Below, in pieces: positions 19,101 to 26,398 of a stretch of DNA of 64,000 bases. The notes under the pieces are model-generated. The model worked only from the letters and a program-made list of their open reading frames with translations. It was not told the DNA's origin and ran no database searches. Location of the stretch: the NCBI GenBank assembly GCA_024685285.1, contig JAIKVZ010000060.1:3818-67817 (forward strand), read 5' to 3'. Source of the stretch: Bacteroidales bacterium (lineage in GTDB: Bacteria > Bacteroidota > Bacteroidia > Bacteroidales > P3). The position numbers were made by a program, and so were the translations under genes. Every line of letters starts with the position of its first letter. Positions within the stretch are counted from its first letter, which is position 1.

Positions 19101-22100
19101 CCGTGCTCGAAGCACTCGCTACCGTCGTTGGTCGAGAAGGAGGCACGGAGGCTCTGCGGGTTGGGGCTGCATACCGGGGTGATGATGACGTTGTAGGCAG
19201 TCTGGGCCTGGAGGCCGGAGACAACCATGGTGGTATCGGTTACGTTGTAGGTCTTGGAGTAGCCGGTGCCGTTAACTGTAACGGTCCAGGCAGTCTCTTC
19301 GGCGAAGAGGCCGTGGCTCCAGCTGAGGCGTGCACCGGTGGCGCTAAGCTCGGTGGCCTTGAAGTCGCGCGGAGCGGGGCACTCGTAGAGGGTGCGGAAG
19401 TAGGTGAGCACATAGGGCGAAGTGCCAAGTGTGCCGCCGCACTCGTTGCGCAGATAGAGGTAGTAGGCCTGGTTGTACTCAAGACCGGTCAGGTTGATAA
19501 CGGTGTCGCTGACATTGCTGACAGCGTTGGCAGCGCTCTCAAGCTGGCTGTCGTTGAGGAAGGTGGTGCTGAGCACATAGCGGTAGTTGGGGGCCTGTTC
19601 GGGGTCGGCAGCCACGTGCACGGCGACAGCGTTGGTAGCGATAGGCTCAGTCCAAACGGTGTCGGGTTTGCGGCACCAGCTGTCGGTGGTGAACGAGAGA
19701 TACTTCCAGCCGCTGGCACCGTCCTCGCTATGGCCTTCGCCATTACACACAACCTGCATAAAGACATGGTGGAGTGTCATGGTCTCAAGGCTGTCGATCA
19801 GGATCTGGGTTACGCCGGTAGCCTCATTATAGCCGCCGAGCGACGGGTCGAAACCGGTGGTGTCGCCGGTGAACACGAAGTATTTATAGGTGTTGGCGTA
19901 GTCGCCGTCGGCGTGCCAGTGCAGTGTCACACGGGTAGGATTGGCGAGGTCTTTCTCAATCCAGAGGGTGTCGACATCGGGGCAGGGCGAAGCCGGGTAG
20001 CAACGCATGAAGTCGAGGTTGGTGAAGTAGTAGGGCATCTGGCTGTTGCTGAAGCTGCCGGGTATATCATCGTAGTCGATGAGGGTCTCGCCGTCGCCAT
20101 AGAACTGGATGGTACGGTATTCACCGGTGCTGCTGACGCCCTTGACATACCACTGCGAACTGTACTGGTTGTTGCTGGTGGCACCGAGCACGAAGGCAAT
20201 GACAAGGTTGGAGTTGCCGTCCCAGTAGTAGGGATTGTCGAAGTTGATAATGAGCGAATCGTTGGAGTTGGGATCCAAAGCCTCGTCGCCGGAGGTGTAG
20301 ACCGGGATGAGTTCATCGTAGGGCACCATCAGAGCCTTACGGTCGTTGCTGTTGGAAGCGTAGGGGAACTCGGTTCTCTCGGTGGTGCCGATGAGCACTC
20401 TGAGTTTCTTGTCGTAAGGATCGGAGCTACCGAACTTGAAGCCAATGCCGTTGATGAAGCCTGCGGTGAGGCCGCCAGCGGCAAGCTCAGAGGCGGGATA
20501 GATGGTCTGCGAGTAGGTGTTGCCCCAGCCGGTGTTGAAGAAGGATCCAACGTTGGAGGTGCCTTCGCCCACAGCAATGGCGTAGCCGCTGTCGCTGCAA
20601 GGCAGAGGCATGGTGCGAACCGTGGCCTCGGCCCAAGGACCGTTCTCGCTGCAGACAGCACGGAGGTAGACATAGTAGAGTTTGTCGCGCATCAGGCTGT
20701 CGAAGGTGTGGGTAGTGCCGGTGAAGGTCTCGAGCTGAGCCTCTTCAAGAGCCTCGTTGGTCATGCGGCCAAGGGAGACAAAGCCCTGGAAGGTGTTGAT
20801 GGTGGGATCGAGCTCGGTGAAGTTGACGGTGAACGAGCGGCGCTCAATATCGGTGAAGTAGATATTGCGCGGATAGGAGCACGACTCGTAAACGACGTTG
20901 AGGGTATAGGTGTTGTTGCCGGTGGCGATATCCTCGGCGCGGACGGAGAGGAGTATGGAGCCACTGGTGAGGTTGTAGAAGTTGGTGCTCTTGAAAGCGC
21001 GGCTGCCGAGCAGCATGGTGGCGCCGTCGCTGGCGGTGATGGCGAAGCTGACGCTATCGAGATCGAGACCGTATTCGGCCACGATGGTGATTTCGTTGTT
21101 CTCGTTGTCGATGACGCTTTGGCCAATCTGCTTGCCCACAGGATAGGTCATGGCGATGGTCTTCACCAGGGCCTCGTCGTTGAGGGTGCGCACACTGTAG
21201 CCTTCAACAGGAGTGACATCGGAGGTGTCGCCGCAGACAGACTGCAGGTTGATATTGAAGATAGTGTTGGCGGGCAGGTTGGTGATGGTGTAGTAGTTGG
21301 TGTCGGCAACGATGGTGAGCTCATCAACATTGACATCGCGGGTAATCACGGTGTCGGCGCTGGTGAGGGTGATACGCCAGGAGTCGGCGCTGGTACCGAG
21401 GGTGCTGTTCTTCCACATCACGGGGATGGTGTAGGCGGTGACATTGCTGTCGGCCACGAACATGGTGGGACGGTAGCAGGTGGGCTTGGCGGAGACCACC
21501 ACGTTGTCTATCAAAGCGTAGCGGGCAGAGGAGGTGCGGCTCACAGACTTGAAGGCAATGCGCGAACCAGCCATGGCGGTGTCGGTGTCGTCGCCATAGA
21601 TGTACTGCACGTTGGTCCACGAAGTGACGGAAGCCAGGGTGTCTACTGCCACGAAGGTGGCATCGATGGAGTCAATGTTGTTGACATAACCAAGGATGAG
21701 TATATTGCCGTTGGAAGTGTCGGAGAGCATATAGTCGAAGGTAACAGCAAGTTCCTCGACGTTCTCGCCGGCGAAAACGGGCATAACCACATATTCGGGA
21801 GTGTTGTTGCTGGAGCGCATGGCCAAATAGTTGCCATGGTTGCGGCCAACAGCCGGCAGGTCGGTGCTCTTGGATATGACGGTGTAGCTACCGCTGGCGC
21901 TCTGAGGAGTTACCTCCCAGCAGGGCAGATTGTAGCGGAAAGCTAAGCTGGCCGAGTCGGGAGTGCCGTAGCCGAGGCCACCGTTGAAGATGTTGCGGGT
22001 GTATGCATTGAAGTTCTCGCTCCAAGGCAGGTCGTAGAGGTCGCAAGCGGTGCGGAAGGTGACGGGCAACGACCACTGGCTCCAGTGGGCGCCGGCGTCG

Positions 22101-25100
22101 CGGGTGCCGCGCACTGCCACGCTGTAGGTAACAACCTGCTCAAGGTTCTGGATGTCGAACTCGAGGACTGTGTCGCCCTCGTTGTCCATGAAGTCGGAAC
22201 GCATGAGGTTGCTGGGGTTGAACTCCTCGCCGAGGGTGATACCAATCTCGTACTGGGTGGCGGGGGTGTCGCCGTTGAGGAGGTCTTTCCAGGTGATATA
22301 CTGGTTGACAGAAGAGGCGCGCTCCTCGTCGATAGCCAGGTCGGTGGGTTTGAAGATGCTCGGTGCAGCCTCGATGGTCAGGTTGTCGATATAGACACCG
22401 CCGTTGATGCCGGTGACGATGGAGAGAGCCAGGTCACGACGAGCCACGGTGCCGTTGAACGAGGTGAGGGGCACAATGTACTGCTTGTAGCTGGTGCCGG
22501 CGATGACGACCTCGGCAGCGAGCTCGGCACCGGTGGTGTCACGGCCATTGAGGGCGTAGATCTGCAGAGTCTGGTTGTTGCCGTCAGTGGTGCGGGCGAA
22601 GAAGGTGACCATGAGGGTGTTCAGGTCGCCGGCCTCGGTGGCCAACTGGGGCATGAAGACATAGGAGTAGCCACCGGCGGTGGTACTGTTCTGCATACGC
22701 AGCGAGTAGTTGCCGCTATAGGGCGAGTTGGTGAGCACGCTGGGCTGGCGGGTGCCTAAGTTGCTGAAGCGATCCCAGCAGATGACGTTGAAATCGTTGG
22801 TGGTAGAAGCACCCTTGATTTCCTCGCCTATGGAGTCGAAGTAGAAAGCATAAGGTATATCCTTAGGATTGCACATGGTGCGGAACTGCAGCTTGTAGGT
22901 GTAGCTCATGGCTTCGTGGGTACCAACCAGGCAGTTGCCAACCAACCAGGCATCATAGAGGGTGTTGCCCTGCAGGTTGATGGCGGTGATGGAGGTCTGG
23001 CCGGGCTGGACAGAGACTGCGAGCATATCGTCGGTTTGCATGGTGCTGTCGTTGAAGGGAGTACCGGCGGGTGCATAGTAGAGGGTGAAGCCGGTAACCT
23101 CGTCGCCAGCGCGCTCGTCGACCTCAAACTCGACGGTGGCGGTGTTATAGGCAACATCGGTCACCTCGGCACTGGCCACGCGGTAGCAGTCGGGAACATC
23201 AACGCAGAAACCAAACTGGGCTATGGCACGGTTTGTGGTGTAAACCTGATAGCCTTCGTAGCAAGCCATCGTACCGGTAGTGCTGGAGGTGCGGAAATAG
23301 CGGTTATCGTAGGTGTTGGTCATCGAGTCTACCTCGATATACACCATGAGGTTGCTGTCGTAGGGGTTGTAGCGGAAAGCATTCTGGAGTTCGATCTTGC
23401 TCCAGCCACCCTCGGCGCCGCAGAAGTAGCGGCCCGAATAGACGAGGGTCATATTCCTCACCGGGAATGAACCTATACTGGTAGTGAGCTGAGTGAGATC
23501 AGTCTGAACCATATAGACACGGAGGTAGGGATTGTAGTCGACACCGTTGGATGGATCATAGTAGTAGGAGATCGACGTGATCTTGCCCGGGCCAAACTCG
23601 GTGGTGGGAGCCACCTCGGCAGCTGTGAAGAGCGACCAGCCGGAGCATGAATAGTAGTCATAGTCGTATGCATAGAACGGCGACGTGTAGGCCATGGAGG
23701 TGGAGTTCTCATTACCAGCAATGGAGGTATGATACTCGCTGGCCTCGCCGCAGTTGTAGGCGGTGTTGAACTGCACCGGGTCGGTCCAGTCGCTCTGTGC
23801 ACCGTCGGCGCAGATGGCGGCCACGGTGACATAGTAGGTGTGCGACGAAGCCAGACCGGTGTCGCTCACAGGCTGGAGGCCGGTGATGTCGAGCACAGTC
23901 GCATCAATCGTGAGGCTGGTGTCGGTGGCAGCCGCGGTGATGATGGCGTTGGCCTCAAGGTTGTCGCGGTCGAAAGCGGCGGCGTCATACAGGCGCACAC
24001 GGTAGCCGGTGGCTCCGGGCACGGAGTTCCAACTGAAGGTACCGCTGTGGGCACTGACCTCGGGAACGATGAGGCGCTCGGGCTTGCTGCAGGTAGAAAC
24101 AGCATAGAGCTCGATGTCGTCGATGAAGGCATCGTAGTAGTAGCTGTTGTAGTCGCACAACGGAGCCATGAACGCTATGTACTTACCTGTGCCGGTGTAG
24201 TTGGCAAAGGAGACCACATAGCGGTTGAAGTTCTGTCCACCAGAAGCAGGGATGGTATCGACGGCGGTGAATGTGGTGGGGTCGTTGTAGTCGTCCATCA
24301 CACCGACGAGGATATAGTTGTTCATATAATAGTCATAGGTGTATGCGTATAAGCGCATCTCGAGGGTGTTGACATCGTTGGTCACCTCGGGAAGGGCGGC
24401 ATAGTTCTGACCATTTTCATTGTTCGCGTCCCAATACATGTGGAGGCTCTTGGAACCGGAACGCTTGCGGGCGGTAGAGACATAGGGCTCGCCGTAGTCG
24501 TGGCCCATGTCATAGTTGAAGCGGTGCCAGCACTGCACAAACGAGCCGAAGATGGGGGCGGTGCCGCCAGCCTCGCTGTCGAAGTCCATGGTGTACTTCA
24601 CGGGGTCGAGGTTGGTAGCCGAGCGACCGGTGAGAGTTATGGGGAGGCAGTTGGTGGTGTAGGTGTAGGAGGCGCTCCAAGTAGAGGTACCGCTCTCGCA
24701 GGTAGCCTGCAGCTGCACCTCATAGGCGGTGGAGGGGTCGAGGCCGGTAAGAACCTGAGAGGTGGCGGTGGTGGGATCGAGGACAACCCAGTCGGAGTCG
24801 AGGCTGTCGCCAACCTCACGGTAGCGCACAGTGGTGGTGGAACCCTCGCTGTAGGGGGTCCAGTTGATAGTCATTGTGGAGCTGCCCACAGCTGTGAACC
24901 AGGCATTGATGGGGGCCACGCACAGAGGTATGGGGGCAATGGTGACATCGTCGATGAAAACGTAGGCGTTGTCTTTGTTGGTAGGAACAAGGACACGGAT
25001 AGCGATGTTGCCATCGACAGTGGAAGGTACTTTATCAAGGTATGCATTGAATTCGCGGTAGGTGGTCAAGACATTCTTGATGGTGTCATAAGCAGTGAAT

Positions 25101-26398
25101 GTAGAGGCGTCGTGGGCGTCGGACATGACACCTACGATGATCATAGTCTCAGAGCTGACAGCCGCTGCGTTGGCCTTGGCGAAGAAATTCACATAAAGGG
25201 TGTTGATGGGGTGGTCGGAGCCGCTGAACCTGGGGGCAACGAGAACTTGGTTCTCGGCAATGGGATAGTAGCTTCCGCTGTAGTAACGGCCAAACTTGAC
25301 CGACTTGGTACCGCCATGGGCGTTACCAGCGCCGTTGACAACGAAGGGGTAGGCCGAGTTGTAGTGGCTGCTTTGGCCGTCATAGTCGCTGAGCAGTTTC
25401 CAGCAACCGGCTTCGCCATGGGAGCCGATGGTGCTGTAGTTGCCTTCGGGACCGCCGGCAGTGCCGCTCTCAAAGTCTTGCGAGAGGGGAGCCTGCTGGT
25501 AGTCGCAGTCGGTATGAACGGTAATGGTCTTGGGGAAACTCTGCGAGGTACCGCAATCGGCACGCAGGTAGAACACATAGTCGGCGTCGGGGGTGAGACC
25601 CGTCACGGTAGCCGAGGTGGAGGTAGTGGTCTGAGCCAGGGTCCAGTCGGGAGTAGCGGTATCGGGTATGCAAAGATACTGATAGCCGGTAGGGGCACCT
25701 CCAGAGGGAGCATCCCAGCTGAAAGAGGCAGTGTTGTGGGTGTAGGAACCAAGCGTGAGGGCTTTGGGTTTGCCACAGGTCACACCACTATGCATAATGG
25801 TGATAGAGGGTGAGTACGAAGTGGTGTAGTAATACCTACAACTACCTGACGTATAAGAATAATAGGTCTGGTAGGTGTAGGTGGATGAGTTGTAGGTGTT
25901 TTCAGCACGCCAATAAGTGTAGGGGCTATAGTAGTAGTAGCCGGCACCTGCCTCGTCGGTCATAACGACCACGACAAGGTTGCCGCCAGTGTAGGAAAAG
26001 GCGGTGTTCAAATTAATTGTCCACTCGCCGTTGACGATGTTGATATGGCCTTCCCACACTGAATCATACGACGAATAATCAAATGCGTCGCATCCACTGG
26101 AGGAGAATGAATTCGATGTGGTTGTTGACATCCACACCGAATAATTTCCCGCGAGGGAATCATTCACCGTCGGATCATAAGTGTAGAAGGTCAGACTTGT
26201 GATGTCGTAGCCCACGGCCTCGGTAAGATACGAAGCGGGGTACAGCATCACCGACCCAGACTGCATGTACGAATACGGGTAGATAGGAGCATTATAGCTC
26301 TGCTGAGAACCCGTCTCATACACATCAATCTGTGCATTGGCTACCCACGGCACCAATAATGCCGCAAGCAGCAACATTCTGAGTAGATGTTTCCTCAT
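10190..26398 (-). CDS. Giant (5,402 aa) modular T9SS-sorted cell-surface protein with FN3-like domains, beta-rich modules and Listeria-Bacteroides/InlB-type B-repeats
   Basis: Single uninterrupted ORF. Signal peptide 'MRKHLLRMLLLAALLVPWVANAQ'. About 19 FN3-like units of the form 'C..P......T.T..W......Y.Y...........L.P.T.Y...V...C'. Six modules of about 190 aa end in 'IDD/IDN-V-V'. Six other modules of about 190 aa carry 'GW..I.F..P..Y.G..NLVI'. There are 14 B-repeats and a C-terminal T9SS sorting domain. Confidence 0.9.
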   Translation of the reverse strand: MRKHLLRMLLLAALLVPWVANAQIDVYETGSQQSYNAPIYPYSYMQSGSVMLYPASYLTEAVGYDITSLTFYTYDPTVNDSLAGNYSVWMSTTTSNSFSSSGCDAFDYSSYDSVWEGHINIVNGEWTINLNTAFSYTGGNLVVVVMTDEAGAGYYYYSPYTYWRAENTYNSSTYTYQTYYSYTSGSCRYYYTTSYSPSITIMHSGVTCGKPKALTLGSYTHNTASFSWDAPSGGAPTGYQYLCIPDTATPDWTLAQTTTSTSATVTGLTPDADYVFYLRADCGTSQSFPKTITVHTDCDYQQAPLSQDFESGTAGGPEGNYSTIGSHGEAGCWKLLSDYDGQSSHYNSAYPFVVNGAGNAHGGTKSVKFGRYYSGSYYPIAENQVLVAPRFSGSDHPINTLYVNFFAKANAAAVSSETMIIVGVMSDAHDASTFTAYDTIKNVLTTYREFNAYLDKVPSTVDGNIAIRVLVPTNKDNAYVFIDDVTIAPIPLCVAPINAWFTAVGSSTMTINWTPYSEGSTTTVRYREVGDSLDSDWVVLDPTTATSQVLTGLDPSTAYEVQLQATCESGTSTWSASYTYTTNCLPITLTGRSATNLDPVKYTMDFDSEAGGTAPIFGSFVQCWHRFNYDMGHDYGEPYVSTARKRSGSKSLHMYWDANNENGQNYAALPEVTNDVNTLEMRLYAYTYDYYMNNYILVGVMDDYNDPTTFTAVDTIPASGGQNFNRYVVSFANYTGTGKYIAFMAPLCDYNSYYYDAFIDDIELYAVSTCSKPERLIVPEVSAHSGTFSWNSVPGATGYRVRLYDAAAFDRDNLEANAIITAAATDTSLTIDATVLDITGLQPVSDTGLASSHTYYVTVAAICADGAQSDWTDPVQFNTAYNCGEASEYHTSIAGNENSTSMAYTSPFYAYDYDYYSCSGWSLFTAAEVAPTTEFGPGKITSISYYYDPSNGVDYNPYLRVYMVQTDLTQLTTSIGSFPVRNMTLVYSGRYFCGAEGGWSKIELQNAFRYNPYDSNLMVYIEVDSMTNTYDNRYFRTSSTTGTMACYEGYQVYTTNRAIAQFGFCVDVPDCYRVASAEVTDVAYNTATVEFEVDERAGDEVTGFTLYYAPAGTPFNDSTMQTDDMLAVSVQPGQTSITAINLQGNTLYDAWLVGNCLVGTHEAMSYTYKLQFRTMCNPKDIPYAFYFDSIGEEIKGASTTNDFNVICWDRFSNLGTRQPSVLTNSPYSGNYSLRMQNSTTAGGYSYVFMPQLATEAGDLNTLMVTFFARTTDGNNQTLQIYALNGRDTTGAELAAEVVIAGTSYKQYIVPLTSFNGTVARRDLALSIVTGINGGVYIDNLTIEAAPSIFKPTDLAIDEERASSVNQYITWKDLLNGDTPATQYEIGITLGEEFNPSNLMRSDFMDNEGDTVLEFDIQNLEQVVTYSVAVRGTRDAGAHWSQWSLPVTFRTACDLYDLPWSENFNAYTRNIFNGGLGYGTPDSASLAFRYNLPCWEVTPQSASGSYTVISKSTDLPAVGRNHGNYLAMRSSNNTPEYVVMPVFAGENVEELAVTFDYMLSDTSNGNILILGYVNNIDSIDATFVAVDTLASVTSWTNVQYIYGDDTDTAMAGSRIAFKSVSRTSSARYALIDNVVVSAKPTCYRPTMFVADSNVTAYTIPVMWKNSTLGTSADSWRITLTSADTVITRDVNVDELTIVADTNYYTITNLPANTIFNINLQSVCGDTSDVTPVEGYSVRTLNDEALVKTIAMTYPVGKQIGQSVIDNENNEITIVAEYGLDLDSVSFAITASDGATMLLGSRAFKSTNFYNLTSGSILLSVRAEDIATGNNTYTLNVVYESCSYPRNIYFTDIERRSFTVNFTELDPTINTFQGFVSLGRMTNEALEEAQLETFTGTTHTFDSLMRDKLYYVYLRAVCSENGPWAEATVRTMPLPCSDSGYAIAVGEGTSNVGSFFNTGWGNTYSQTIYPASELAAGGLTAGFINGIGFKFGSSDPYDKKLRVLIGTTERTEFPYASNSNDRKALMVPYDELIPVYTSGDEALDPNSNDSLIINFDNPYYWDGNSNLVIAFVLGATSNNQYSSQWYVKGVSSTGEYRTIQFYGDGETLIDYDDIPGSFSNSQMPYYFTNLDFMRCYPASPCPDVDTLWIEKDLANPTRVTLHWHADGDYANTYKYFVFTGDTTGFDPSLGGYNEATGVTQILIDSLETMTLHHVFMQVVCNGEGHSEDGASGWKYLSFTTDSWCRKPDTVWTEPIATNAVAVHVAADPEQAPNYRYVLSTTFLNDSQLESAANAVSNVSDTVINLTGLEYNQAYYLYLRNECGGTLGTSPYVLTYFRTLYECPAPRDFKATELSATGARLSWSHGLFAEETAWTVTVNGTGYSKTYNVTDTTMVVSGLQAQTAYNVIITPVCSPNPQSLRASFSTNDGSECFEHGFGQYGSAYTPAVAMHYSDYPNSYCQIIYTPEQVGGVGYLGAIAFDWMRSTSLTYTNLQIYVTTTEETNVASSFASMDGYVTCFNGTYTFDELGWNTINFTTPFYYDGTKNLLIAVYATSETQSSSDYSNAFRYYNFEGNYDEAPVRYTYPYEGMADGDVSDGEYVGDYYSYETTSVPVITFCFVPSTDNCREVNHLSVTDIDVTNVTAFWYSGNEETSWQYVNIASGSDETPETAQIQTTDTNVITINGLTRDTEYKLYVRPACAGDSVRWSMVTYTTLPTCDMPVELRAYSDTTNTATFIVKAGERGSATEFEYQYWPVNFVYDDENWTVNVEPAGEPVSVIAESDSIVVTGIPGSSNYQWRVRSACGANDSSRWVMGNTFSVCGVTNVPYVEDFDSYNSTASECWIISNNGGSEWSWSPSFYGQLDFSFYRDDDGEVDENGDVQYAILPELNMPLTDLYLAFNSWDERSAGNRAMVIVGYTDAAGAFTAIDTLHNTSTNQGSANLYEYYLDELPATAERIAFKALINSQTTDNYTYGHIDNVSVTTIPECRKPDNFRIANNDYAHQATLAWENNYEATAWRLVNVLDTVNYDYIDITAADVTDSANIVTYVLTNLTSNKRYSYRLYTVCSANSISPAANATVTFTTKNETANFTNFTVIAPAGAQVSPATINRDAHTVILETRADVDRSQLVVGFTTDPAVSSGTKVTSAFGDVFTSGDSLDLSATRVLYLAGPAADAIPVQWNISAYTESCPTIFDLTVDSVGRTGALLSWKVVSTQTDFVVTVTDAAGVATTTNITVEGEGMNRSYFVDGLIRENLYTITVGSNCDNARTSSVEIYTPGMYDCTNNGGMVIVDTTGSLYSNMNIMGMTVSYEYGFGEGIIPASKINYSGVIKSLSFYVYQAGASSYTGKYDFYLGTADMETMSGFLPASTFTKVGSYEGTLTRTGWYTIEFDTPYPYNGLSNLVIGWANRSGMWQNAPYFLTYNGKTNCGHGRYADGNSSLANVPDGGSQYTSNIMPVLAFEVCEPLTPCGEVENLTATLTGEGTSTATISWTEGVRDYFNGYEAIVSREAITDFTDITPDYNGEATSFSVDTLAAYTDYIVYVRTKCYLDEDHDDGYGEWASVTFKTNSLCHQPRDLEVAIAGKNTATVSWTGSATQAANYSIALTTAETESPNMTVTGYAADSIVFDTLQAGQTYYFYLQNICSNELGNSPVETLVFTMPDACTTPVNLEIAAISSTAAELVWESGLYGDETEWTVSYARVEQYDTTYIIDSSDFDTVGFETTPVIPDVLTSVNVSSRSYTLVFDQAEATYYVAVSSSCGTLASGSIDTFVVAPAYSACATIGDGTATAYAMTNPGWGNSFSEQIYTVEELNEMGIYAGYIHSFTINLSSDYTAYEKNVTILMGSTDKEAFDNNQDFIAVSDLEQVYYTDDPLIPEAGPLTFEFDDSYFWDGTSNLVVGFVVRATTNNSSTCYWYPLSHQTDSRMCVLNYRDGAYAFDNVSNLPDASANFYNFSTFYRANITFCVESSDCNMITHVAASDITQTSATVKWFPGNIGDTAYRYAYSTSPITSFSAANTTLTNELSVDLSNLEVDADYYFYVAPVCAGFTPTSYFCYVFATTPSCYQPDSALMYQDGNNFVFRVVPNEQSVSNNYELQFTTAAGASTNYFIEDNDTIVITDLLPFTQYSWKARTVCSDEEESRWTAGDDFYTCVAAEVPFAENFNGTSKYMNCWLSASVCSNPQSSNWRLYKYDYMSLDSTYMVYAYPYYVTDTIVLISPRINIPEANAYELSYMLWKGYSSVTRGANAIGMKVYVNSEPTIEGATLLGTSYNNFTAAEENDLIVKNGYHWGLETFKLPEAGEQYVIFYITGLSYAEYYMDNLAIGTTPTITINTAVNDTLLGTVTGGGQFLRGDTVTLVAHANDPHYLFNRWTRSDRTGTAGNKDTLTFVAKQNVTYTANFRRLTYAVNAVAEPAVGGNVTGTGTIGYGLTAELTAVPTTRYHFVRWSDGDTSNPRLYTVTGDTTFTAYFEAEKLLVTATSNTNDPDAVTGAGYYDDNAEVTLTANEVYGFTFNRWSTGDTTSTITFVLTQDADIQAIYDTLDFTVTVSSANEELGTVTGSGTYKYLTEVTVVATPADGKYFGGWSDNTYEAEYTFVLTQDTTLVASFTNAQVYAVNAVCDPEQGFTQGSTIDTVGAQVALSATANYGYIFAGWEDGVETPTRVVTITNEDVTYTALFVPDTFTVTLVANDAVMGTVVTVPNADGRYAYKSEATLVAAANNGYNFVQWADDEYAPATRTVTVLGDTTYTAIFEAVNFNVTATGEHGTFTGTGYHQYNTTATITAVPDEGYHFVAWSTGDTNATIDTLVLSTIELTATFERNIYHLTATVNDATMGAITSVADTNVYYGEYVTVSAAANYGYTLSSWSNGQHDSAITVQVKSDTNLVANFAKRQFVITATWTPEALGNVTGAGTYNYLDTATLTATPVSGAIFAGWSDGETSPVRTVVVTEAMSFQAIFEAQKYAVHAYSADTNMGTVTIAGNIDSASANDVVVIIATPKEGYDFVSWSNGAQTATIQLTGISSDTTLVATFALKTYTVVLTSNAIDENITLVGAGTYNHGDQVTVVATPSYGYSFTNWTDNNADNAVVTTDSSYTFTITSNVSLRANILIRQFSITVATNDSTMGTATANPNRVNYRGTSTLTATPNDNYRFVRWSDGNTDQVYVLTVTKDTSLIAYFEQAFGTVTVTTADTNRGTVSVDEAVVSIGTTTTIHAVAKPHYHFVSWNDGNTEANRTITVTGDVTYEATFAPDVYHVTLAATPAAAAYLLEGAGDVTYSPSEITTLRANSDTNYRFVRWSNGSTSSELMLVVVSDTSFTAEYEYIGGHGEGIDDVEEGLNVDIYAAEGQIYVRGAEQRMVYVYDAVGRLVQSQKAAAEVVTLAVKSTGVYVVKVEGVKARRVAVVR
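10193..10426 (-). other. T9SS C-terminal sorting domain (type-A-like) of the giant protein
   Basis: Last ~78 aa: 'GEGIDDVEEGLNVDIYAAEGQIYVRGAEQRMVYVYDAVGRLVQSQKAAAEVVTLAVKSTGVYVVKVEGVKARRVAVVR'. It has the same pattern as the CTD of the M14 peptidase at 4378..5574. Confidence 0.7.
10440..13425 (-). repeat. Array of 14 tandem ~70-aa InlB-B / Listeria-Bacteroides-type repeats (protein-level repeats)
   Basis: Fourteen units each carry '(Y/G)(Y/H)xF.(R/G/S)WSDG(D/N)T' and end in 'T(F/Y/L)TA.F', for example 'YHFVRWSDGDTS...TFTAYFEA', 'YRFVRWSDGNTD...LIAYFEQ' and 'YHFVSWNDGNTE...TYEATFAP'. Confidence 0.75.
13425..20598 (-). repeat. Two diverged ~1,050-aa super-repeats with identical domain order inside the giant gene
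   Basis: Copy 1 is about 17444-20598 and copy 2 about 13425-16560. Both read [A-module, FN3 x3, A-module, FN3 x2, B-module] with position-specific matches (detailed in the findings). An FN3-Ig-like-FN3 linker at 16560-17444 separates the copies. Confidence 0.65.

Noticed and set aside
10190-26398. Diversity-generating retroelement or shufflon acting on the giant gene's repeats
   Set aside because: The window has no reverse transcriptase or invertase. No near-identical template/variable repeat pair is visible, and the repeats are diverged at the DNA level.
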